In this document: positions 30,800-46,800 of the stretch, piece by piece
How the letters are laid out: the number at the start of each line of letters is the position of its first letter
Numbering within the stretch: position 1 is the first letter of the stretch
DNA from: Auanema rhodensis
Lineage: Eukaryota > Animalia > Nematoda
Length of the DNA stretch: 64,000 nt
Assembly (NCBI GenBank): GCA_964057225.1
Contig: CAXKVF010000098.1
Coordinates: forward strand, 26,125-90,124
Reading direction: 5' to 3'
Translations under genes and position numbers: made by a program
Notes under the pieces: model-generated
The model's database searches: none
The model's input: only the letters and a program-made list of their open reading frames with translations
What the model was told of the DNA's origin: nothing

Positions 30800-33700
30800 A
30801 TGGGGATTCTAATTTTGAAAATCGCATCTCTTTATCTTTCACGTGAAGCGAGTTACATACCAAGTGTACATCAAGTGTACATTTAATTAGCATAAATTAA
30901 AGTTCACGTAAATTTCAAAGTCATGGTTACCATGCACCAATATCAATAAAAATTTGTTTTTAGACTAATATGGACATGGGGAATCTAATTTTGAAAACCG
31001 CATCTCTTTATCTTTCACGTGAAGCGAGTTACATACCAAGTGCACATCACGTGTACATTTAATTAGCATAAATTAAAGTTCACGTAAATTTCAAAGTCAT
31101 GGTTACCATGAACCAATATCAATAAAAATTTGTTTTTAGACTAATATGGACATGGGGAATCTAATTTTGAAAACCGCATCTCTTTATCTTTCACGTGAAG
31201 CGAGTTACATACCAAGTGCACATCACGTGTACATTTAATTAGCATAAATTAAAGTTCACGTAAATTTCAAAGTCATGGTTACCATGCACCAATATCAATA
31301 AAAATTTGTTTTTAGACTAATATGGACATGGGGAATCTAATTTTGAAAACCGCATCTCTTTATCTTTCACGTGAAGCGAGTTACATACCAAGTGCACATC
31401 ACGTGTACATTTAATTAGCATAAATTAAAGTTCACGTAAATTTCAAAGTCATGGTTACCATGAACCAATATCAATAAAAATTTGTTTTTAGACTAATATG
31501 GACATGGGGATTCTAATTTTGAAAATCGCATCTCTTTATCTTTCACGTGAAGCGAGTTACATACCAAGTGTACATCTAGTGTACATTTAATTAGCATAAA
31601 TTAAAGTTCACGTAAATTTCAAAGTCATGGTTACCATGCACCAATATCAATAAAAATTTGTTTTTAGACTAATATGGACATGGGGAATCTAATTTTGAAA
31701 ACCGCATCTCTTTATCTTTCACGTGAAGCGAGTTACATACCAAGTGCACATCACGTGTACATTTAATTAGCATGAATTAAAGTTCACGTAAATTTCAAAG
31801 TCATGGTTACCATGAACCAATATCAATAAAAATTTGTTTTTAGACTAATATGGACATGGGGAATCTAATTTTGAAAACCGCATCTCTTTATCTTTCACGT
31901 GAAGCGAGTTACATACCAAGTGCACATCACGTGTACATTTAATTAGCATAAATTAAAGTTCACGTAAATTTCAAAGTCATGGTTACCATGAACCAATATC
32001 AATAAAAATTTGTTTTTAGACTAATATGGACATGGGGAATCTAATTTTGAAAACCGCATCTCTTTATCTTTCACGTGAAGCGAGTTACATACCAAGTGCA
32101 CATCACGTGTACATTTAATTAGCATAAATTAAAGTTCACGTAAATTTCAAAGTCATGGTTACCATGCACCAATATCAATAAAAATTTGTTTTTAGACTAA
32201 TATGGACATGGGGAATCTAATTTTGAAAACCGCATCTCTTCATCTTTCACGTGAAGCGAGTTACATACCAAGTGCACATCACGTGTACATTTAATTAGCA
32301 TAAATTAAAGTTCACGTAAATTTCAAAGTCATGGTTACCATGCACCAATATCAATAAAAATTTGTTTTTAGACTAATATGGACATGGGGAATCTAATTTT
32401 GAAAACCGCATCTCTTTATCTTTCACGTGAAGCGAGTTACATACCAAGTGCACATCACGTGTACATTTAATTAGCATAAATTAAAGTTCACGTAAATTTC
32501 AAAGTCATGGTTACCATGAACCAATATCAATAAAAATTTGTTTTTAGACTAATATGGACATGGGGAATCTAATTTTGAAAACCGCATCTCTTTATCTTTC
32601 ACGTTAAGCGAGTTACATACCAAGTGCACATCACGTGTACATTTAATTAGCATAAATTAAAGTTCACGTAAATTTCAAAGTCATGGTTACCATGAACCAA
32701 TATCAATAAAAATTTGTTTTTAGACTAATATGGACATGGGGAATCTAATTTTGAAAACCGCATCTCTTTATCTTTCACGTGAAGCGAGTTACATACCAAG
32801 TGCACATCACGTGTACATTTAATTAGCATAAATTAAAGTTCACGTAAATTTCAAAGTCATGGTTACCATGAACCAATATCAATAAAAATTTGTTTTTAGA
32901 CTAATATGGACATGGGGATTCTAATTTTGAAAATCGCATCTCTTTATCTTTCACGTGAAGCGAGTTACATACCAAGTGTACATCAAGTGTACATTTAATT
33001 AGCATAAATTAAAGTTCACGTAAATTTCAAAGTCATGGTTACCATGCACCAATATCAATAAAAATTTGTTTTTAGACTAATATGGACATGGGGAATCTAA
33101 TTTTGAAAACCGCATCTCTTTATCTTTCACGTGAAGCGAGTTACATACCAAGTGCACATCACGTGTACATTTAATTAGCATAAATTAAAGTTCACGTAAA
33201 TTTCAAAGTCATGGTTACCATGAACCAATATCAATAAAAATTTGTTTTTAGACTAATATGGACATGGGGAATCTAATTTTGAAAACCGCATCTCTTTATC
33301 TTTCACGTGAAGCGAGTTACATACCAAGTGCACATCACGTGTACATTTAATTAGCATAAATTAAAGTTCACGTAAATTTCAAAGTCATGGTTACCATGAA
33401 CCAATATCAATAAAAATTTGTTTTTAGACTAATATGGACATGGGGAATCTAATTTTGAAAACCGCATCTCTTTATCTTTCACGTGAAGCGAGTTACATAC
33501 CAAGTGCACATCACGTGTACATTTAATTAGCATAAATTAAAGTTCACGTAAATTTCAAAGTCATGGTTACCATGAACCAATATCAATAAAAATTTGTTTT
33601 TAGACTAATATGGACATGGGGATTCTAATTTTGAAAATCGCATCTCTTTATCTTTCACGTGAAGCGAGTTACATACCAAGTGTACATCTAGTGTACATTT

Positions 33701-35023
33701 AATTAGCATAAATTAAAGTTCACGTAAATTTCAAAGTCATGGTTACCATGCACCAATATCAATAAAAATTTGTTTTTAGACTAATATGGACATGGGGAAT
33801 CTAATTTTGAAAACCGCATCTCTTTATCTTTCACGTGAAGCGAGTTACATACCAAGTGCACATCACGTGTACATTTAATTAGCATGAATTAAAGTTCACG
33901 TAAATTTCAAAGTCATGGTTACCATGAACCAATATCAATAAAAATTTGTTTTTAGACTAATATGGACATGGGGAATCTAATTTTGAAAACCGCATCTCTT
34001 TATCTTTCACGTGAAGCGAGTTACATACCAAGTGCACATCACGTGTACATTTAATTAGCATAAATTAAAGTTCACGTAAATTTCAAAGTCATGGTTACCA
34101 TGAACCAATATCAATAAAAATTTGTTTTTAGACTAATATGGACATGGGGAATCTAATTTTGAAAACCGCATCTCTTTATCTTTCACGTGAAGCGAGTTAC
34201 ATACCAAGTGCACATCACGTGTACATTTAATTAGCATAAATTAAAGTTCACGTAAATTTCAAAGTCATGGTTACCATGCACCAATATCAATAAAAATTTG
34301 TTTTTAGACTAATATGGACATGGGGAATCTAATTTTGAAAACCGCATCTCTTCATCTTTCACGTGAAGCGAGTTACATACCAAGTGCACATCACGTGTAC
34401 ATTTAATTAGCATAAATTAAAGTTCACGTAAATTTCAAAGTCATGGTTACCATGCACCAATATCAATAAAAATTTGTTTTTAGACTAATATGGACATGGG
34501 GAATCTAATTTTGAAAACCGCATCTCTTTATCTTTCACGTGAAGCGAGTTACATACCAAGTGCACATCACGTGTACATTTAATTAGCATAAATTAAAGTT
34601 CACGTAAATTTCAAAGTCATGGTTACCATGAACCAATATCAATAAAAATTTGTTTTTAGACTAATATGGACATGGGGAATCTAATTTTGAAAACCGCATC
34701 TCTTTATCTTTCACGTTAAGCGAGTTACATACCAAGTGCACATCACGTGTACATTTAATTAGCATAAATTAAAGTTCACGTAAATTTCAAAGTCATGGTT
34801 ACCATGAACCAATATCAATAAAAATTTGTTTTTAGACTAATATGGACATGGGGAATCTAATTTTGAAAACCGCATCTCTTTATCTTTCACGTGAAGCGAG
34901 TTACATACCAAGTGCACATCACGTGTACATTTAATTAGCATAAATTAAAGTTCACGTAAATTTCAAAGTCATGGTTACCATGCACCAATATCAATAAAAA
35001 TTTGTTTTTAGACTAATATGGAC
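30800..35023 (+). repeat. Tandem duplication of a 12-monomer block (2112 bp x2)
   Basis: Markers recur at a 2112-bp offset: 4-SNP monomer 30800/32912, TCTAG monomer 31504/33616, A95G 31774/33886, T34C 32241/34353, G46T 32605/34717. Confidence 0.92.
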
Positions 35024-38000
35024 ATGGGGAATCTAATTTTGAAAACCGCATCTCTTCATCTTTCACGTGAAGCGAGTTACATACCAAGTGCACATCACGT
35101 GTACATTTAATTAGCATAAATTAAAGTTCACGTAAATTTCAAAGTCATGGTTACCATGAACCAATATCAATAAAAATTTGTTTTTAGACTAATATGGACA
35201 TGGGGATTCTAATTTTGAAAATCGCATCTCTTTATCTTTCACGTGAAGCGAGTTACATACCAAGTGTACATCAAGTGTACATTTAATTAGCATAAATTAA
35301 AGTTCACGTAAATTTCAAAGTCATGGTTACCATGCACCAATATCAATAAAAATTTGTTTTTAGACTAATATGGACATGGGGAATCTAATTTTGAAAACCG
35401 CATCTCTTTATCTTTCACGTGAAGCGAGTTACATACCAAGTGCACATCACGTGTACATTTAATTAGCATAAATTAAAGTTCACGTAAATTTCAAAGTCAT
35501 GGTTACCATGAACCAATATCAATAAAAATTTGTTTTTAGACTAATATGGACATGGGGAATCTAATTTTGAAAACCGCATCTCTTTATCTTTCACGTGAAG
35601 CGAGTTACATACCAAGTGCACATCACGTGTACATTTAATTAGCATAAATTAAAGTTCACGTAAATTTCAAAGTCATGGTTACCATGAACCAATATCAATA
35701 AAAATTTGTTTTTAGACTAATATGGACATGGGGAATCTAATTTTGAAAACCGCATCTCTTTATCTTTCACGTGAAGCGAGTTACATACCAAGTGCACATC
35801 ACGTGTACATTTAATTAGCATAAATTAAAGTTCACGTAAATTTCAAAGTCATGGTTACCATGCACCAATATCAATAAAAATTTGTTTTTAGACTAATATG
35901 GACATGGGGAATCTAATTTTGAAAACCGCATCTCTTTATCTTTCACGTGAAGCGAGTTACATACCAAGTGCACATCACGTGTACATTTAATTAGCATAAA
36001 TTAAAGTTCACGTAAATTTCAAAGTCATGGTTACCATGAACCAATATCAATAAAAATTTGTTTTTAGACTAATATGGACATGGGGAATCTAATTTTGAAA
36101 ACCGCATCTCTTTATCTTTCCCGTGAAGCGAGTTACATACCAAGTGCACATCACGTGTACATTTAATTAGCATAAATTAAAGTTCACGTAAATTTCAAAG
36201 TCATGGTTACCATGAACCAATATCAATAAAAATTTGTTTTTAGACTAATATGGACATGGGGAATCTAATTTTGAAAACCGCATCTCTTTATCTTTCACGT
36301 GAAGCGAGTTACATACCAAGTGCACATCACGTGTACATTTAATTAGCATAAATTAAAGTTCACGTAAATTTCAAAGTCATGGTTACCATGCACCAATATC
36401 AATAAAAATTTGTTTTTAGACTAATATGGACATGGGGAATCTAATTTTGAAAACCGCATCTCTTCATCTTTCACGTGAAGCGAGTTACATACCAAGTGCA
36501 CATCACGTGTACATTTAATTAGCATAAATTAAAGTTCACGTAAATTTCAAAGTCATGGTTACCATGCACCAATATCAATAAAAATTTGTTTTTAGACTAA
36601 TATGGACATGGGGAATCTAATTTAGAATACCGCATCTCTTTATCTTTCACGTGAAGCGAGTTACATACCAAGTGCACATCACGTGTACATTTAATTAGCA
36701 TAAATTAAAGTTCACGTAAATTTCAAAGTCATGGTTACCATGAACCAATATCAATAAAAATTTGTTTTTAGACTAATATGGACATGGGGAATCTAATTTT
36801 GAAAACCGCATCTCTTTATCTTTCACGTGAAGCGAGTTACATACCAAGTGCACATCACGTGTACATTTAATTAGCATAAATTAAAGTTCACGTAAATTTC
36901 AAAGTCATGGTTACCATGAAGCAATATCAATAAAAATTTGTTTTTAGACTAATATGGACATGGGGAATCTAATTTTGAAAACCGCATCTCTTTATCTTTC
37001 ACGTGAAGCGAGTTACATACCAAGTGCACATCACGTGTACATTTAATTAGCATAAATTAAAGTTCACGTAAATTTCAAAGTCATGGTTACCATGAACCAA
37101 TATCAATAAAAATTTGTTTTTAGACTAATATGGACATGAGGAATCTAATTTTGAAAACCGCATCTCTTTATCTTTCACGTGAAGCGAGTTACATACCAAG
37201 TGCACATCACGTGTACATTTAATTAGCATAAATTAAAGTTCACGTAAATTTCAAAGTCATGGTTACCATGCACCAATATCAATAAAAATTTGTTTTTAGA
37301 CTAATATGGACATGGGGATTCTAATTTTGAAAATCGCATCTCTTTATCTTTCACGTGAAGCGAGTTACATACCAAGTGTACATCAAGTGTACATTTAATT
37401 AGCATAAATTAAAGTTCACGTAAATTTCAAAGTCATGGTTACCATGCACCAATATCAATAAAAATTTGTTTTTAGACTAATATGGACATGGGGAATCTAA
37501 TTTTGAAAACCGCATCTCTTTATCTTTCACGTGAAGCGAGTTACATACCAAGTGCACATCACGTGTACATTTAATTAGCATAAATTAAAGTTCACGTAAA
37601 TTTCAAAGTCATGGTTACCATGAACCAATATCAATAAAAATTTGTTTTTAGACTAATATGGACATGGGGAATCTAATTTTGAAAACCGCATCTCTTTATC
37701 TTTCACGTGAAGCGAGTTACATACCAAGTGCACATCACGTGTACATTTAATTAGCATAAATTAAAGTTCACGTAAATTTCAAAGTCATGGTTACCATGAA
37801 CCAATATCAATAAAAATTTGTTTTTAGACTAATATGGACATGGGGAATCTAATTTTGAAAACCGCATCTCTTTATCTTTCACGTGAAGCGAGTTACATAC
37901 CAAGTGCACATCACGTGTACATTTAATTAGCATAAATTAAAGTTCACGTAAATTTCAAAGTCATGGTTACCATGAACCAATATCAATAAAAATTTGTTTT

Positions 38001-40831
38001 TAGACTAATATGGACATGGGGATTCTAATTTTGAAAATCGCATCTCTTTATCTTTCACGTGAAGCGAGTTACATACCAAGTGTACATCAAGTGTACATTT
38101 AATTAGCATAAATTAAAGTTCACGTAAATTTCAAAGTCATGGTTACCATGCACCAATATCAATAAAAATTTGTTTTTAGACTAATATGGACATGGGGAAT
38201 CTAATTTTGAAAACCGCATCTCTTTATCTTTCACGTGAAGCGAGTTACATACCAAGTGTACATCAAGTGTACATTTAATTAGCATAAATTAAAGTTCACG
38301 TAAATTTCAAAGTCATGGTTACCATGCACCAATATCAATAAAAATTTGTTTTTAGACTAATATGGACATGGGGAATCTAATTTTGAAAACCGCATCTCTT
38401 TATCTTTCACGTGAAGCGAGTTACATACCAAGTGCACATCACGTGTACATTTAATTAGCATAAATTAAAGTTCACGTAAATTTCAAAGTCATGGTTACCA
38501 TGAACCAATATCAATAAAAATTTGTTTTTAGACTAATATGGACATGGGGAATCTAATTTTGAAAACCGCATCTCTTTATCTTTCACGTGAAGCGAGTTAC
38601 ATACCAAGTGCACATCACGTGTACATTTAATTAGCATAAATTAAAGTTCACGTAAATTTCAAAGTCATGGTTACCATGAACCAATATCAATAAAAATTTG
38701 TTTTTAGACTAATATGGACATGGGAAATCTAATTTTGAAAACCGCATCTCTTTATCTTTCACGTGAAGCGAGTTACATACCAAGTGCACATCACGTGTAC
38801 ATTTAATTAGCATAAATTAAAGTTCACGTAAATTTCAAAGTCATGGTTACCATGCACCAATATCAATAAAAATTTGTTTTTAGACTAATATGGACATGGG
38901 GATTCTAATTTTGAAAATCGCATCTCTTTATCTTTCACGTGAAGCGAGTTACATACCAAGTGTACATCAAGTGTACATTTAATTAGCATAAATTAAAGTT
39001 CACGTAAATTTCAAAGTCATGGTTACCATGCACCAATATCAATAAAAATTTGTTTTTAGACTAATATGGACATGGGGAATCTAATTTTGAAAACCGCATC
39101 TCTTTATCTTTCACGTGAAGCGAGTTACATACCAAGTGCACATCACGTGTACATTTAATTAGCATAAATTAAAGTTCACGTAAATTTCAAAGTCATGGTT
39201 ACCATGAACCAATATCAATAAAAATTTGTTTTTAGACTAATATGGACATGGGGAATCTAATTTTGAAAACCGCATCTCTTTATCTTTCACGTGAAGCGAG
39301 TTACATACCAAGTGCACATCACGTGTACATTTAATTAGCATAAATTAAAGTTCACGTAAATTTCAAAGTCATGGTTACCATGAACCAATATCAATAAAAA
39401 TTTGTTTTTAGACTAATATGGACATGGGGAATCTAATTTTGAAAACCGCATCTCTTTATCTTTCACGTGAAGCGAGTTACATACCAAGTGCACATCACGT
39501 GTACATTTAATTAGCATAAATTAAAGTTCACGTAAATTTCAAAGTCATGGTTACCATGAACCAATATCAATAAAAATTTGTTTTTAGACTAATATGGACA
39601 TGGGGATTCTAATTTTGAAAATCGCATCTCTTTATCTTTCACGTGAAGCGAGTTACATACCAAGTGTACATCAAGTGTACATTTAATTAGCATAAATTAA
39701 AGTTCACGTAAATTTCAAAGTCATGGTTACCATGCACCAATATCAATAAAAATTTGTTTTTAGACTAATATGGACATGGGGAATCTAATTTTGAAAACCG
39801 CATCTCTTTATCTTTCACGTGAAGCGAGTTACATACCAAGTGCACATCACGTGTACATTTAATTAGCATAAATTAAAGTTCACGTAAATTTCAAAGTCAT
39901 GGTTACCATGCACCAATATCAATAAAAATTTGTTTTTAGACTAATATGGACATGGGGAATCTAATTTTGAAAACCGCATCTCTTCATCTTTCACGTGAAG
40001 CGAGTTACATACCAAGTGCACATCACGTGTACATTTAATTAGCATAAATTAAAGTTCACGTAAATTTCAAAGTCATGGTTACCATGAACCAATATCAATA
40101 AAAATTTGTTTTTAGACTAATATGGACATGGGGATTCTAATTTTGAAAATCGCATCTCTTTATCTTTCACGTGAAGCGAGTTACATACCAAGTGTACATC
40201 AAGTGTACATTTAATTAGCATAAATTAAAGTTCACGTAAATTTCAAAGTCATGGTTACCATGCACCAATATCAATAAAAATTTGTTTTTAGACTAATATG
40301 GACATGGGGAATCTAATTTTGAAAACCGCATCTCTTTATCTTTCACGTGAAGCGAGTTACATACCAAGTGCACATCACGTGTACATTTAATTAGCATAAA
40401 TTAAAGTTCACGTAAATTTCAAAGTCATGGTTACCATGAACCAATATCAATAAAAATTTGTTTTTAGACTAATATGGACATGGGGAATCTAATTTTGAAA
40501 ACCGCATCTCTTTATCTTTCACGTGAAGCGAGTTACATACCAAGTGCACATCACGTGTACATTTAATTAGCATAAATTAAAGTTCACGTAAATTTCAAAG
40601 TCATGGTTACCATGAACCAATATCAATAAAAATTTGTTTTTAGACTAATATGGACATGGGGAATCTAATTTTGGAAACCGCATCTCTTTATCTTTCACGT
40701 GAAGCGAGTTACATACCAAGTGCACATCACGTGTACATTTAATTAGCATAAATTAAAGTTCACGTAAATTTCAAAGTCATGGTTACCATGCACCAATATC
40801 AATACAAATTTGTTTTTAGACTAATATGGAC

Positions 40832-43800
40832 ATGGGGAATCTAATTTTGAAAACCGCATCTCTTCATCTTTCACGTGAAGCGAGTTACATACGAAGTGCA
40901 CATCACGTGTACATTTAATTAGCATAAATTAAAGTTCACGTAAATTTCAAAGTCATGGTTACCATGCACCAATATCGATAAAAATTTGTTTTTAGACTAA
41001 TATGGACATGGGGAATCTAATTTTGAAAACCGCATCTCTTTATCTTTCACGTGAAGCGAGTTACATACCAAGTGCACATCACGTGTACATTTAATTAGCA
41101 TAAATTAAAGTTCACGTAAATTTCAAAGTCATGGTTACCATGAACCAATATCAATAAAAATTTGTTTTTAGACTAATATGGACATGGGGAATCTAATTTT
41201 GAAAACCGCATCTCTTTATCTTTCACGTGAAGCGAGTTACATACCAAGTGCACATCACGTGTACATTTAATTAGCATAAATTAAAGTTCACGTAAATTTC
41301 AAAGTCATGGTTACCATGCACCAATATCAATAAAAATTTGTTTTTAGACTAATATGGACATGGGGAATCTAATTTTGAAAACCGCATCTCTTTATCTTTC
41401 AGGTGAAGCGAGTTACATACCAAGTGCACATCACGTGTACATTTAATTAGCATAAATTAAAGTTCACGTAAATTTCAAAGTCATGGTTACCATGAACCAA
41501 TATCAATAAAAATTTGTTTTTAGACTAATATGGACATGGGGAATCTAATTTTGAAAACCGCATCTCTTTACCTTTCACGAAAATCGCATCTCTTTATCTT
41601 TCACGTGAAGCGAGTTACATACCAAGTGTACATCTAGTGTACATTTAATTAGCATAAATTAAAGTTCACGTAAATTTCAAAGTCATGGTTACCATGCACC
41701 AATATCAATAAAAATTTGTTTTTAGACTAATATGGACATGGGGAATCTAATTTTGAAAACCGCATCTCTTTATCTTTCACGTGAAGCGAGTTACATACCA
41801 AGTGCACATCACGTGTACATTTAATTAGCATGAATTAAAGTTCACGTAAATTTCAAAGTCATGGTTACCATGAACCAATATCAATAAAAATTTGTTTTTA
41901 GACTAATATGGACATGGGGAATCTAATTTTGAAAACCGCATCTCTTTATCTTTCACGTGAAGCGAGTTACATACCAAGTGCACATCACGTGTACATTTAA
42001 TTAGCATAAATTAAAGTTCACGTAAATTTCAAAGTCATGGTTACCATGCACCAATATCGATAAAAATTTGTTTTTAGACTAATATGGACATGGGGAATCT
42101 AATTTTGAAAACCGCATCTCTTTATCTTTCACGTGAAGCGAGTTACATACCAAGTGCACATCACGTGTACATTTAATTAGCATAAATTAAAGTTCACGTA
42201 AATTTCAAAGTCATGGTTACCATGAACCAATATCAATAAAAATTTGTTTTTAGACTAATATGGACATGGGGAATCTAATTTTGAAAACCGCATCTCTTTA
42301 TCTTTCACGTGAAGCGAGTTACATACCAAGTGCACATCACGTGTACATTTAATTAGCATAAATTAAAGTTCACGTAAATTTCAAAGTCATGGTTACCATG
42401 CACCAATATCAATAAAAATTTGTTTTTAGACTAATATGGACATGGGGAATCTAATTTTGAAAACCGCATCTCTTTATCTTTCAGGTGAAGCGAGTTACAT
42501 ACCAAGTGCACATCACGTGTACATTTAATTAGCATAAATTAAAGTTCACGTAAATTTCAAAGTCATGGTTACCATGAACCAATATCAATAAAAATTTGTT
42601 TTTAGACTAATATGGACATGGGGAATCTAATTTTGAAAACCGCATCTCTTTACCTTTCACGAAAATCGCATCTCTTTATCTTTCACGTGAAGCGAGTTAC
42701 ATACCAAGTGTACATCTAGTGTACATTTAATTAGCATAAATTAAAGTTCACGTAAATTTCAAAGTCATGGTTACCATGCACCAATATCAATAAAAATTTG
42801 TTTTTAGACTAATATGGACATGGGGAATCTAATTTTGAAAACCGCATCTCTTTATCTTTCACGTGAAGCGAGTTACATACCAAGTGCACATCACGTGTAC
42901 ATTTAATTAGCATGAATTAAAGTTCACGTAAATTTCAAAGTCATGGTTACCATGAACCAATATCAATAAAAATTTGTTTTTAGACTAATATGGACATGGG
43001 GAATCTAATTTTGAAAACCGCATCTCTTTATCTTTCACGTGAAGCGAGTTACATACCAAGTGCACATCACGTGTACATTTAATTAGCATAAATTAAAGTT
43101 CACGTAAATTTCAAAGTCATGGTTACCATGCACCAATATCAATAAAAATTTGTTTTTAGACTAATATGGACATGGGGAATCTAATTTTGAAAACCGCATC
43201 TCTTTATCTTTCACGTGAAGCGAGTTACATACCAAGTGCACATCACGTGTACATTTAATTAGCATAAATTAAAGTTCACGTAAATTTCAAAGTCATGGTT
43301 ACCATGAACCAATATCAATAAAAATTTGTTTTTAGACTAATATGGACATGGGGAATCTAATTTTGAAAACCGCATCTCTTTATCTTTCACGTGAAGCGAG
43401 TTACATACCAAGTGCACATCACGTGTACATTTAATTAGCATAAATTAAAGTTCACGTAAATTTCAAAGTCATGGTTACCATGAACCAATATCAATAAAAA
43501 TTTGTTTTTAGACTAATATGGACATGGGGAATCTAATTTTGAAAACCGCATCTCTTTATCTTTCACGTGAAGCGAGTTACATACCAAGTGCACATCACGT
43601 GTACATTTAATTAGCATAAATTAAAGTTCACGTAAATTTCAAAGTCATGGTTACCATGCACCAATATCAATAAAAATTTGTTTTTAGACTAATATGGACA
43701 TGGGGAATCTAATTTTGAAAACCGCATCTCTTCATCTTTCACGTGAAGCGAGTTACATACGAAGTGCACATCACGTGTACATTTAATTAGCATAAATTAA

Positions 43801-46800
43801 AGTTCACGTAAATTTCAAAGTCATGGTTACCATGCACCAATATCGATAAAAATTTGTTTTTAGACTAATATGGACATGGGGAATCTAATTTTGAAAACCG
43901 CATCTCTTTATCTTTCACGTGAAGCGAGTTACATACCAAGTGCACATCACGTGTACATTTAATTAGCATAAATTAAAGTTCACGTAAATTTCAAAGTCAT
44001 GGTTACCATGAACCAATATCAATAAAAATTTGTTTTTAGACTAATATGGACATGGGGAATCTAATTTTGAAAACCGCATCTCTTTATCTTTCACGTGAAG
44101 CGAGTTACATACCAAGTGCACATCACGTGTACATTTAATTAGCATAAATTAAAGTTCACGTAAATTTCAAAGTCATGGTTACCATGCACCAATATCAATA
44201 AAAATTTGTTTTTAGACTAATATGGACATGGGGAATCTAATTTTGAAAACCGCATCTCTTTATCTTTCAGGTGAAGCGAGTTACATACCAAGTGCACATC
44301 ACGTGTACATTTAATTAGCATAAATTAAAGTTCACGTAAATTTCAAAGTCATGGTTACCATGAACCAATATCAATAAAAATTTGTTTTTAGACTAATATG
44401 GACATGGGGAATCTAATTTTGAAAACCGCATCTCTTTACCTTTCACGAAAATCGCATCTCTTTATCTTTCACGTGAAGCGAGTTACATACCAAGTGTACA
44501 TCTAGTGTACATTTAATTAGCATAAATTAAAGTTCACGTAAATTTCAAAGTCATGGTTACCATGCACCAATATCAATAAAAATTTGTTTTTAGACTAATA
44601 TGGACATGGGGAATCTAATTTTGAAAACCGCATCTCTTTATCTTTCACGTGAAGCGAGTTACATACCAAGTGCACATCACGTGTACATTTAATTAGCATG
44701 AATTAAAGTTCACGTAAATTTCAAAGTCATGGTTACCATGAACCAATATCAATAAAAATTTGTTTTTAGACTAATATGGACATGGGGAATCTAATTTTGA
44801 AAACCGCATCTCTTTATCTTTCACGTGAAGCGAGTTACATACCAAGTGCACATCACGTGTACATTTAATTAGCATAAATTAAAGTTCACGTAAATTTCAA
44901 AGTCATGGTTACCATGCACCAATATCAATAAAAATTTGTTTTTAGACTAATATGGACATGGGGAATCTAATTTTGAAAACCGCATCTCTTTATCTTTCAC
45001 GTGAAGCGAGTTACATACCAAGTGCACATCACGTGTACATTTAATTAGCATAAATTAAAGTTCACGTAAATTTCAAAGTCATGGTTACCATGAACCAATA
45101 TCAATAAAAATTTGTTTTTAGACTAATATGGACATGGGGAATCTAATTTTGAAAACCGCATCTCTTTATCTTTCACGTGAAGCGAGTTACATACCAAGTG
45201 CACATCACGTGTACATTTAATTAGCATAAATTAAAGTTCACGTAAATTTCAAAGTCATGGTTACCATGAACCAATATCAATAAAAATTTGTTTTTAGACT
45301 AATATGGACATGGGGAATCTAATTTTGAAAACCGCATCTCTTTATCTTTCACGTGAAGCGAGTTACATACCAAGTGCACATCACGTGTACATTTAATTAG
45401 CATAAATTAAAGTTCACGTAAATTTCAAAGTCATGGTTACCATGCACCAATATCAATAAAAATTTGTTTTTAGACTAATATGGACATGGGGAATCTAATT
45501 TTGAAAACCGCATCTCTTCATCTTTCACGTGAAGCGAGTTACATACGAAGTGCACATCACGTGTACATTTAATTAGCATAAATTAAAGTTCACGTAAATT
45601 TCAAAGTCATGGTTACCATGCACCAATATCGATAAAAATTTGTTTTTAGACTAATATGGACATGGGGAATCTAATTTTGAAAACCGCATCTCTTTATCTT
45701 TCACGTGAAGCGAGTTACATACCAAGTGCACATCACGTGTACATTTAATTAGCATAAATTAAAGTTCACGTAAATTTCAAAGTCATGGTTACCATGAACC
45801 AATATCAATAAAAATTTGTTTTTAGACTAATATGGACATGGGGAATCTAATTTTGAAAACCGCATCTCTTTATCTTTCACGTGAAGCGAGTTACATACCA
45901 AGTGCACATCACGTGTACATTTAATTAGCATAAATTAAAGTTCACGTAAATTTCAAAGTCATGGTTACCATGCACCAATATCAATAAAAATTTGTTTTTA
46001 GACTAATATGGACATGGGGAATCTAATTTTGAAAACCGCATCTCTTTATCTTTCAGGTGAAGCGAGTTACATACCAAGTGCACATCACGTGTACATTTAA
46101 TTAGCATAAATTAAAGTTCACGTAAATTTCAAAGTCATGGTTACCATGAACCAATATCAATAAAAATTTGTTTTTAGACTAATATGGACATGGGGAATCT
46201 AATTTTGAAAACCGCATCTCTTTACCTTTCACGAAAATCGCATCTCTTTATCTTTCACGTGAAGCGAGTTACATACCAAGTGTACATCTAGTGTACATTT
46301 AATTAGCATAAATTAAAGTTCACGTAAATTTCAAAGTCATGGTTACCATGCACCAATATCAATAAAAATTTGTTTTTAGACTAATATGGACATGGGGAAT
46401 CTAATTTTGAAAACCGCATCTCTTTATCTTTCACGTGAAGCGAGTTACATACCAAGTGCACATCACGTGTACATTTAATTAGCATGAATTAAAGTTCACG
46501 TAAATTTCAAAGTCATGGTTACCATGAACCAATATCAATAAAAATTTGTTTTTAGACTAATATGGACATGGGGAATCTAATTTTGAAAACCGCATCTCTT
46601 TATCTTTCACGTGAAGCGAGTTACATACCAAGTGCACATCACGTGTACATTTAATTAGCATAAATTAAAGTTCACGTAAATTTCAAAGTCATGGTTACCA
46701 TGCACCAATATCAATAAAAATTTGTTTTTAGACTAATATGGACATGGGGAATCTAATTTTGAAAACCGCATCTCTTTATCTTTCACGTGAAGCGAGTTAC

